IMG/VR virus record: IMGVR_UViG_3300016469_000321
Direction: 5' to 3' (one strand)
DNA length: 20,000 bases
Source of the DNA: an uncultured virus (IMG/VR IMGVR_UViG_3300016469_000321)
Lineage: Duplodnaviria > Heunggongvirae > Uroviricota > Caudoviricetes
The position numbers and the translations under genes were made by a program. Below, in pieces: positions 1 to 6,678 of the stretch; position 1 is the first letter of the stretch, and every line of letters begins with the position of its first letter. Under the pieces are notes generated by a model. That model made no database searches. It saw only the letters and a program-made list of their open reading frames with translations, and was not told where the DNA came from.

Positions 1-58
1 CGACGGCGGCGATGACGTCGAGCAGCCAGTGCCCGACGTCGATGATGTCTGCTTGCAT
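1..58 (-). CDS. 5' end of a hypothetical protein (MQADIIDVGHWLLDVIAAV...), runs off the window
   Basis: ATG at 58-56 preceded by GGAGAAG Shine-Dalgarno-like sequence and a sigma70-like promoter; open to the window edge. Confidence 0.6.
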   Translation of the reverse strand, partial: MQADIIDVGHWLLDVIAAV

Positions 59-80
59 GTCTTCTCCAGAAGGCACTCTT

Positions 81-109
81 GGTATAGCAATGCCTTACCG
101 GAGCGTCAA
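81..109 (-). promoter_or_regulatory. sigma70-like promoter TTGACG-N17-TATACC with extended -10 TG
   Basis: Minus strand reads TTGACG ctccggtaaggcattgc TATACC; the -35 overlaps the polymerase stop codon. Confidence 0.6.
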
Positions 110-2937
110 GCCTCCTTGAGGTTTCTTCCGACGCTGGCCTCGGCGGTGAGCGGCACCTCCCATCCGGGGATGCGGACGGTCATGCACTCCTCGACCTCGC
201 GGCGGTACGCCTCCAACTCAGGCGGCAGCGCCTCGCCCTTCACTGGCTTCCAGTTGGCCAGCCCCGGCGGCGCCTCGATCTCGATGGCGATGGAGTCGTG
301 GCACTGGTGGATGAGGCCCGTCCGGCTCCACAGATCCCACGGGAAGCGACGGATCAGCGCCTGCTCGGCGAGGCGCATGACGCTCGTCTCGGCGGCGAGG
401 ATCGGGAAGTTGACGACCTCGTTCTTCTTGCCGTCGGAGAGGCTGCCGGAGCGCCGTCCCAGCACCGGTTCCTCCATGTAGCCCTGATGCCGGTAGAGGG
501 AGAGCATCGCCTCCCAGGCCGACAGCCATTCCGGCTCCGTCTTGAGCCACGTCTCGTGGAAGTGGCGCACCTCCTTTGAGGTCATGTTGAGGTACGGCAT
601 CTCGCCGTTGTCGGCCTCGGTCGAGGTCAAGACCTGCCAGACCGTCATCGGGTCGGCCCAGTAGATCGAGGCGTAGCGGAACGTCTTCATGACGTCGCGC
701 ATCGCCTTCGCCATGCCACCGCCCGGCTTCTTGTAGAGGCTGAACCCGTCCGGTCCCCACCCCGTGGCGGCCTTGAACTTGTCGCCGAACACCTGATACG
801 CGAGCGTGTTGTGCGGATCCTTCCCCTCGCTGAAGCACTCCAGCAGGAGCGGGATCTTCCAGTAGTTGGCCGTGATGCGGAGATGCGCCTGGTCGAGGTC
901 CGCCCCCACGAGCAGATGCCCGCGCTCCGCAGCGAACAGGGTCTTCAACTTGCCCTGTCCCTTGCGGCTGCCGATGTTCTGTAGGTTCGGGCCGCTCGAC
1001 GACAGCCGCCCCGGTGCCGTGACGTGCGCGTTCCACGTCGAGCGCACGCGCCCGTCCGGGTGCCAGACGATGCCCTTCTTGGGATCGTGCGCCGTGAGGT
1101 TCAGCGGCAGGAGCACCGTGCCGAGGATCTTGTTCTTCTCCCGGCGGTACAGGCGCAGTTCGCGGATGAACGCCTCCTGCTCGGGCGTGAGGCGCCCGCC
1201 GGCGAGGTGGCCACGGAGCACCTTGTCCCCGGTGCCGGGCATCCCCGACGCCGTGTAGAAGTCGCGCGCCTCCATGCTTGGCGGGATGCCGAGCTTCCAC
1301 GTCTCGTACAAGAGGTCGCGGATCTGGTCGGCGCTGCCGGGCTTCACGCCGGCCACCTCGTCGCCGTCGTCGTTCGCGCCCGCGCTCTTCAGGTCGATGT
1401 TGCCCAGGCCCACGGCGTAGGCCAGCTCGGAGAGGTTCTTCTCGCGCTTCGCCACGCTGGCGCGTGTCTCCATCTCCATCTTGAAGCGCGCTTCCTGGTC
1501 GATGTACACGCCGATCTTGTGGAGGTTGACGCACATGTCCTGTGTCGCGTGGTCGAGTTCGTGGAGATCCCAGCGCCGGTTCTCCCAGCCCTTCGGGCGC
1601 AGCGCCTCCGGCAGGTCGCGGAACGCCCCGGCCTCCTCAGCCGCATCGAAGAGCGGCACCACGATGCGCGCGTTTACGCTGCTGTCGGTGCAGTTGTAGG
1701 CGAGGCGGTCCCAGTCGTCGACCTGCCCGTGCGCGAGGCTCTCGCCCTTCTCCGTCGTCTCCCAGCGGTCGACGTCGGTGAGGACGGATCCGACGACCTT
1801 CAGCCCCTTCGGCAGTTCCGGCGCCCGGAAGCGCGCCGCGAACAGCGTGTCGATGACCGGCGCCGGCGTCACGCCGAGCCACTGCTCGACGACCTGGCGG
1901 TCATAGTAGCCGGCGTTGTGGCCCACCTTTGTCTTAGAGGTGTCGCATAGGAACCGGCGTAGAATGTCGATGATCCGGTCCTCGTCGGCCTCGCTATAGA
2001 ACCTCGTAAAGCCGTCGCCGCTCAGCAGGTTGAGGCCGACCACGGCAGCGCGCCGTGCCTCCTCCTGACCGGGCCGCAGCGCGCGGCCCTCGGCGTTGAG
2101 GTCCGGGTGCGCGATGGCGATGGAGCGCACCTTGCACGTCATGGACTCAATGCCGTCCGTCTCAAGGTCGTAGGCCCAGAACGGCATGTCCTGCGAGAGG
2201 AACGCCTCCAGCTCGTCAGGCGTCGGGTTGAAGGCGCGTTCCGGCTCCGTCCAGCGCAGGTTGCCGCTGAACCAGCGCAGCGCCTTGGAGAGGTCGGCGT
2301 GGAGCGTGGCGCGCCAGCCCGGAGACTTCTGCACGAAGCCAGGGTGGAACGTCGGGAAGACCTTCCGCACCGCGCCCTCCGGCACGACGTTGGCGAGCGG
2401 CGTCTCCATGAGCGCGCCCCAGTTCTCGTCGACCCACACCGGGCCGCCGCGCAGCGCGAAGATGGACTGCGTCTTGGCGGTCAGCGAGTTGGCGGCGACG
2501 CGACCCAGCGCCACGATGTTCTCGTACTCTTGTGCCTCCGAAAGTAGACGCGGACGGCAGCACGCGATAGGGTCCGGGAGGGCCGGGAGTCCTGTAGCAA
2601 GACGACGACGGTTCTCCTTGTCGAGCGCCTTGGTCATCTTCTCCCATGCGTTCTGCTGCGCGCCGGCAGAGCAGGCGACGACGTGCGTGAGGTCGATGTC
2701 GTTGCGCTTGCGCCCGATGGACAGGAGCGCGAGGTTCCACTCGCCACCGCTGCGCCCCGACAGCGGGCGCTCGTTGGATGCGTCATCGACGCCCGGCATC
2801 TCGGCCACAGCGAGGACGGTCGCGCCCTTGTGGACTTCGGGAGGAACGGGACGCCACGGGCCATCCCGATGGCTGCCGTTGGGGCCGAGCGGACACTCGT
2901 CGCAGCGAGCGCCGCAGGCGCGTGGATCGTATGTCAT
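106..2937 (-). CDS. polA: Phage family-A DNA polymerase with N-terminal family-4 uracil-DNA-glycosylase-like domain and 3'-5' exonuclease (SPO1-type architecture), about 943 aa
   Basis: UDG-like: CxxCPL, AEMPG, RPLSGRSG, IVALGRVA, PTFHPG. Exonuclease: YDLETDG, GHNAGYYD, YNCTD. Polymerase: GRLSSSGPNLQNI, motif A GADLDQAHLR, motif B RDVMKTFRYASIY, motif C CHDSI. Start set at MTYDP (2937) because the longer ORF overlaps the Dps-like gene. Confidence 0.93.
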   Translation of the reverse strand: MTYDPRACGARCDECPLGPNGSHRDGPWRPVPPEVHKGATVLAVAEMPGVDDASNERPLSGRSGGEWNLALLSIGRKRNDIDLTHVVACSAGAQQNAWEKMTKALDKENRRRLATGLPALPDPIACCRPRLLSEAQEYENIVALGRVAANSLTAKTQSIFALRGGPVWVDENWGALMETPLANVVPEGAVRKVFPTFHPGFVQKSPGWRATLHADLSKALRWFSGNLRWTEPERAFNPTPDELEAFLSQDMPFWAYDLETDGIESMTCKVRSIAIAHPDLNAEGRALRPGQEEARRAAVVGLNLLSGDGFTRFYSEADEDRIIDILRRFLCDTSKTKVGHNAGYYDRQVVEQWLGVTPAPVIDTLFAARFRAPELPKGLKVVGSVLTDVDRWETTEKGESLAHGQVDDWDRLAYNCTDSSVNARIVVPLFDAAEEAGAFRDLPEALRPKGWENRRWDLHELDHATQDMCVNLHKIGVYIDQEARFKMEMETRASVAKREKNLSELAYAVGLGNIDLKSAGANDDGDEVAGVKPGSADQIRDLLYETWKLGIPPSMEARDFYTASGMPGTGDKVLRGHLAGGRLTPEQEAFIRELRLYRREKNKILGTVLLPLNLTAHDPKKGIVWHPDGRVRSTWNAHVTAPGRLSSSGPNLQNIGSRKGQGKLKTLFAAERGHLLVGADLDQAHLRITANYWKIPLLLECFSEGKDPHNTLAYQVFGDKFKAATGWGPDGFSLYKKPGGGMAKAMRDVMKTFRYASIYWADPMTVWQVLTSTEADNGEMPYLNMTSKEVRHFHETWLKTEPEWLSAWEAMLSLYRHQGYMEEPVLGRRSGSLSDGKKNEVVNFPILAAETSVMRLAEQALIRRFPWDLWSRTGLIHQCHDSIAIEIEAPPGLANWKPVKGEALPPELEAYRREVEECMTVRIPGWEVPLTAEASVGRNLKEA

Positions 2938-2949
2938 GCACCCCGGTAT

Positions 2950-2965
2950 CCTTACCGGAGTGTCA
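2950..2965 (-). promoter_or_regulatory. 16-bp element TGACRCTCCGGTAAGG, second copy at 93-108 (putative operator/promoter element)
   Basis: ccttaccggagtgtca (2950-2965) vs ccttaccggagcgtca (93-108), 15/16 identical, each upstream of a gene start. Confidence 0.6.
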
Positions 2966-2972
2966 TGGCAAC

Positions 2973-3419
2973 CTACATCTTCGCTGGGCCGGCGGCGTAC
3001 CGCTGCTTCAGCAGGTACACGTCCGCCAGGTGCTTCGTGCCGATGCCGGACACGAGGTTCGACAGGGCGCCCGGATACGGGCACTCGCCACCGTTCACGA
3101 TGGCGTCGTTCGCGGCCTCGGACAGTTCCATCAGCATCTCGGCGATGACCAGCGGCGTGCCGCCCTGCTGCGCGATCATGCCAATCTTCTCGCCGGCCGC
3201 GGCCCACGCCTTGATCGGGTCGAGCTTGTCGCTGCCGTAGTGTCCCGCGATCACCTCGGCCAGGTCGTCGATGTCACCCTCGACGCCCTCGTAGAGGCGC
3301 TTGAACATGAGATGGTCGCCGTAGAACGGCTGTCCCTTCGCCTGCCAGTGCAGCGTGTGGTACAGGTGGTGCGCGGCGCGCAGGCCAGCCCACAGGTCGA
3401 GCAGGACGGGAAGAAGCAT
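2973..3419 (-). CDS. Dps/ferritin-like protein
   Basis: HTLHWQAKGQPFYGDHLMFKRLYEGVEGDIDDLAE matches the Dps ferroxidase signature HW-x2-KG-x2-F-x3-H-x2-F-x2-LY...D-x-LAE; 148 aa. Confidence 0.8.
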   Translation of the reverse strand: MLLPVLLDLWAGLRAAHHLYHTLHWQAKGQPFYGDHLMFKRLYEGVEGDIDDLAEVIAGHYGSDKLDPIKAWAAAGEKIGMIAQQGGTPLVIAEMLMELSEAANDAIVNGGECPYPGALSNLVSGIGTKHLADVYLLKQRYAAGPAKM

Positions 3420-3428
3420 CTCGGCCCC

Positions 3429-3824
3429 CTACTTCTTGGCCGAGGGCAGCGTTCCCTCGATGTACTCTTCCTCGAACACCATCGTCTTGGCGGGTGCCTC
3501 AAGGTCGGCGAGACGCTTCTCCATGTCCACGGAACGCTGGATGTCGTCCATGATCTTCTCATGGACCTGCGTGCCGGGCAGGATCTTCTGACCGCCTGCG
3601 CTCTTGGGCGACTTGGCGATGGTGATGGTGCCGTCGGTGTCGACCTTGTACTCGTAGCCGCCGCTGCCCTTGTACATGCCAGCGCCGAACCCGTAGGATC
3701 CAGGCTCGCTGACCTTGACGAACGACTTGGGACCGGGCTGGCCTTCCGTCGGACGGTGGACGCGCTCGCGCTCCATCTGTCCTTCGCGGCGCATCTTGTC
3801 CATCATCTCGCGGTAGTCGGCCAT
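3429..3824 (-). CDS. Hypothetical protein, about 131 aa (MADYREM...)
   Basis: GC3-rich codon usage, GGGGG RBS, 9 bp from the Dps-like gene. Confidence 0.7.
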   Translation of the reverse strand: MADYREMMDKMRREGQMERERVHRPTEGQPGPKSFVKVSEPGSYGFGAGMYKGSGGYEYKVDTDGTITIAKSPKSAGGQKILPGTQVHEKIMDDIQRSVDMEKRLADLEAPAKTMVFEEEYIEGTLPSAKK

Positions 3825-3845
3825 GCAGCCCCCGATCACGACGAG

Positions 3846-3855
3846 GCTATCACAA
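3846..3855 (-). promoter_or_regulatory. Putative phage promoter motif TTGTGATAGC
   Basis: Identical 10-mer at 19752-19761 with identical spacing to CTGC-ATGGC. Confidence 0.5.
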
Positions 3856-3885
3856 AAACGAACGCCCCGCCACTAAGGGCGGGGC
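3854..3885 (-). terminator. Rho-independent terminator downstream of the SSB-like gene
   Basis: Minus strand GCCCCGCC-cttagt-GGCGGGGC followed by GTTCGTTTTT. Confidence 0.75.
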
Positions 3886-3976
3886 CGAGCTTACGTTCTC
3901 GCTGGACTAAACCTCGCCGTCATTACAACGGGTCGAACAGCACGCCAGGTCCTACGATCCCCTGCGGCCGCAGGGA

Positions 3977-4594
3977 CTAACGGGCGACGTTCACGGCCGG
4001 GGGCGGCGGCAAGCGGAGGCCGCCGGCGGGAGCCGGGGCGACCGTCTGCACCGCTGCGCCTGCCGACGCGGACGGGGCCGCGGGGATGGCACCGGGGATC
4101 GACGGGGCCGCGCTGCGGGACGCGCTGCCCGCGTCGCGGGACACGGGCACGGAGCCGGACGCCTTGGCCTTCTCGTACTGCTCCTTCGTGAGGAACTTGT
4201 TGATGCGGGCGTAGGAACCCTGGACGCCCTGCTGGCCGGGGACGAACTCGACGAACGCCTTGCGGCCGCCGTTGGTCGCGCTGACGAGCCAGGCGTCGGT
4301 GACGGCGCTGTTCTCGATCTGCTCATCGCTGAAGCCGAACGAGACGAGGATCGTCTTCAGGGCAGCCACGCGGCCCTTCAACGACTTCTCCGGGAGGCCG
4401 TCCACCGGGAGGTGGAGGAACTCAAACATCTTGAACCCGTTGGGGAACTCGACGGTGAAGCGGCGGGCATCGGCCTTGTCGCCCTGCTTGTACTCGACGG
4501 ACACGCCGGACACCTCGTAGTAGCCGGCCTCCGGCATGGAGGAGCCGAGCGTGGAGACGCCCTTGAAGGAAGAACCGTTGATGCTGAAGGACAT
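3977..4594 (-). CDS. Putative phage single-stranded DNA-binding protein (DUF669-like)
   Basis: MPEAGYYEV N-terminus, predicted beta-rich core, Ala/Pro low-complexity tail; lies directly downstream of an AAA_24 ATPase, as is usual for this family. Confidence 0.55.
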   Translation of the reverse strand: MSFSINGSSFKGVSTLGSSMPEAGYYEVSGVSVEYKQGDKADARRFTVEFPNGFKMFEFLHLPVDGLPEKSLKGRVAALKTILVSFGFSDEQIENSAVTDAWLVSATNGGRKAFVEFVPGQQGVQGSYARINKFLTKEQYEKAKASGSVPVSRDAGSASRSAAPSIPGAIPAAPSASAGAAVQTVAPAPAGGLRLPPPPAVNVAR

Positions 4595-4636
4595 GGTGAA
4601 CTCCGTTTGGTGGTCTGTGATGCTGTGGTTGTCGGA

Positions 4637-5632
4637 CTACGGGGCGCCCGGAGGAGGGGGAGGCAGTGGCACGCCACCACCCTTCTTCGGGTCATCCTTC
4701 GGCGCGAGGTCGAAGAGGTTCCTCGCCTTGCGCTTCTGGAACGTAGCGCGGGCAATACCATCTTGGCAAGCCCAGCGCAGATGAATTTGTTGATGACCGG
4801 CGTGGAAGAGCGGGTGCTCCTCCGAGATCACCTTGATGGAACCGTGGACATCGCCCGTCTCCACGATGCGCTCGGCCAGCGCATCCGCGACGTCGTCCTG
4901 CCACTCCAGCCCCGGCACCCGGCTGAGCTGGTAGCCGCCCGCCGACGCGCGCAGGATCTCGCGCAGGTTGCCGGGCGTCTTCGCCCAGCACACGCCGGTG
5001 CGGTCGCCCGTCACCCAGTCTGGCGACGTGGGGTCACAGAAGTAGATGCCGGGGAACCACGGGTCGGGGTAGGTCGCGTCGACCATCGCGCGGACGTTGA
5101 TGTCGCACCACGACGGCAGCGTCTCGACCTGGTTCCGCGAAGGCACGTTCGGGCCGCCGGGGCAGAAGAACCCCTCGGCGTTCGTGCCGGGCATGCGCTC
5201 GTGGAACGTGAAGGCGAGGTGGACGCCCATGTGGCGGGACAGGCCCGACAGCATGAGCAGGTACTTGTTCAGTTGCTGGTAAGCGTAGAACTTGTCCTTC
5301 TTGCCGCTCTTGCCCGCCGGCGCCTCCTCGTGCCAGACCATCATGCTGCGGTCGCAGATGTGGCTGGCGTCGTCGATGATGACCGCGCCGTACTGGCGCG
5401 CGAGGCCCGTCTTGTGGGCGTACTCCAGAAGGCCGATCAGCTCAGGCAGCGTCTGCGGTGGCTCCGGGTGGACGGCGGGCGTGAAGCCCAGTTCGTTCTG
5501 CCCGACGAGCGTGATGGCGCTCGGCACGCCGATGCACAGCGCGGTCGGGAAGGCGGCGAGCACGTCGCTCGTCTTCTTCTTCTTTGGCTTTCCGTAGACC
5601 GTCACCATGACGGTCGGGTTGTCGGTGGTCAT
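4637..5632 (-). CDS. AAA_24 / Sak4-like P-loop ATPase (recombination/annealing)
   Basis: VTVYGKPKKKKTS (degenerate Walker A), AVIIDDAS (Walker B), HLAFTFHE; between exonuclease and SSB-like genes; GGAG RBS before MTTDNP. Confidence 0.7.
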   Translation of the reverse strand: MTTDNPTVMVTVYGKPKKKKTSDVLAAFPTALCIGVPSAITLVGQNELGFTPAVHPEPPQTLPELIGLLEYAHKTGLARQYGAVIIDDASHICDRSMMVWHEEAPAGKSGKKDKFYAYQQLNKYLLMLSGLSRHMGVHLAFTFHERMPGTNAEGFFCPGGPNVPSRNQVETLPSWCDINVRAMVDATYPDPWFPGIYFCDPTSPDWVTGDRTGVCWAKTPGNLREILRASAGGYQLSRVPGLEWQDDVADALAERIVETGDVHGSIKVISEEHPLFHAGHQQIHLRWACQDGIARATFQKRKARNLFDLAPKDDPKKGGGVPLPPPPPGAP

Positions 5633-5694
5633 GTGGCACACTCCGGCCCGGTGGTCGAGCCTCGTCGCAGGGCCAAAGACGACGAGGCACTCCT

Positions 5695-6678
5695 TCAGCC
5701 GCGAGGACCGAGGGAGCAGAGGTCAAGCCCGGCACAGGCTCCATAGCGCCCATAGCACGACAGTTCGTTCTGCGCCTTCGGCCATTCCCACGGATCGGTG
5801 GTGAGGTCGAGGTGGGCGATCTGATGCTCGGCCCACCAGAGCCACTTCGCAAAGTGGGCGTCCCGGTGCGGCGTCTGCGGCACCTGGGCGCGGGCCACGC
5901 GACCCGGCTGTGTGCTGCTGATGAGGTTCAGCGTCAGCCCGCCGAAGCGGTCGCCGTACAACTGGCGACCCATGATGCGGAACGCCGCGAAGCCGCCGTC
6001 GATTGCATAGGCCGCAGCACTGCTCTCCGCATTGATAGATGCTTGGTGCTTGTGGTCCCATATGTAGTAGCGTCCCGACGCATCGCGGGTTACGAGGTCT
6101 ATACGGCGCGTGAGCGTTATCGGACGCCCATGTTCTCGGTGGTCGGGCATGTGAAGCGGCGTCACCTCGATGTCGGCACCGTCGAGGCTGCGCCACGCGC
6201 CGTCCCTTTCCTCCCCTACCCATAGGCCCCACTCCCCGCGCAGGTTGCCCAGCACGGCGACGACGGGCGCCTCCACGGCGATCACGTCACCGGGCGACTC
6301 GGGGAACTTCGCCAGGTAGGCGTGGAACACCTTGAGCATCTGCGGCAGCAGTTCGTGGCTGCCGTACTTGTCGCACCATGCGCGGGCCGCGTCCTCCGGC
6401 TCCATGAACATGGACGGATCGTGGTGCATCGTCTCGTCGACCATGACGCCCTGCGGCTGGGCTGCGCCCCAGATGGCGTGCAGATGGGCCTGGAGCGTAT
6501 GGCCGATGGATCCCTTCGCCAGCGCCTCGATGGGCGGGGCGATGTCGGGCGTGCGGCCCTGCCCGTCGGCCATGCGGGAGGCGCGGTTCAGGTACGCGAA
6601 GAGCTGGGGACACTTTGCGAAGTTGCCGATGCGGCTCCAGCCGCGGCCGGACTTGCCGGCGTCGATGAGCATCTTCAC
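5695..6678 (-). CDS. Cas4-like / AddB-type PD-(D/E)XK exonuclease with probable Fe-S staple
   Basis: WSR..FAKCP, KGSIGH, AVE, RIDL, IWDHK, and C-terminal C-x6-C-x5-C; GTGA overlap with helicase stop. Confidence 0.8.
   Translation of the reverse strand: MKMLIDAGKSGRGWSRIGNFAKCPQLFAYLNRASRMADGQGRTPDIAPPIEALAKGSIGHTLQAHLHAIWGAAQPQGVMVDETMHHDPSMFMEPEDAARAWCDKYGSHELLPQMLKVFHAYLAKFPESPGDVIAVEAPVVAVLGNLRGEWGLWVGEERDGAWRSLDGADIEVTPLHMPDHREHGRPITLTRRIDLVTRDASGRYYIWDHKHQASINAESSAAAYAIDGGFAAFRIMGRQLYGDRFGGLTLNLISSTQPGRVARAQVPQTPHRDAHFAKWLWWAEHQIAHLDLTTDPWEWPKAQNELSCYGRYGACAGLDLCSLGPRG

Noticed and set aside
285..305. Polymerase motif C HDS instead of HDE as a sign of inactivation
   Set aside because: The catalytic Asp is retained and HDS occurs in other phage family-A polymerases
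2938..3207. N-terminal 90-aa extension of the polymerase ORF (1033 aa in the track)
   Set aside because: Arg-rich off-frame read of the Dps-like gene; recognisable sequence starts at MTYDP
3886..3976. tRNA or hammerhead ribozyme
   Set aside because: GTTCGA is present but I could not build a cloverleaf; no CUGANGA/GAAA core
2778..5746. Long plus-strand ORFs 2778-3980 and 4412-5746
   Set aside because: Antisense shadows of well-supported minus-strand genes
5695..6678. Cas4-like gene as part of a CRISPR system
   Set aside because: No repeat-spacer array or other cas genes seen; the context is a standard phage recombination module
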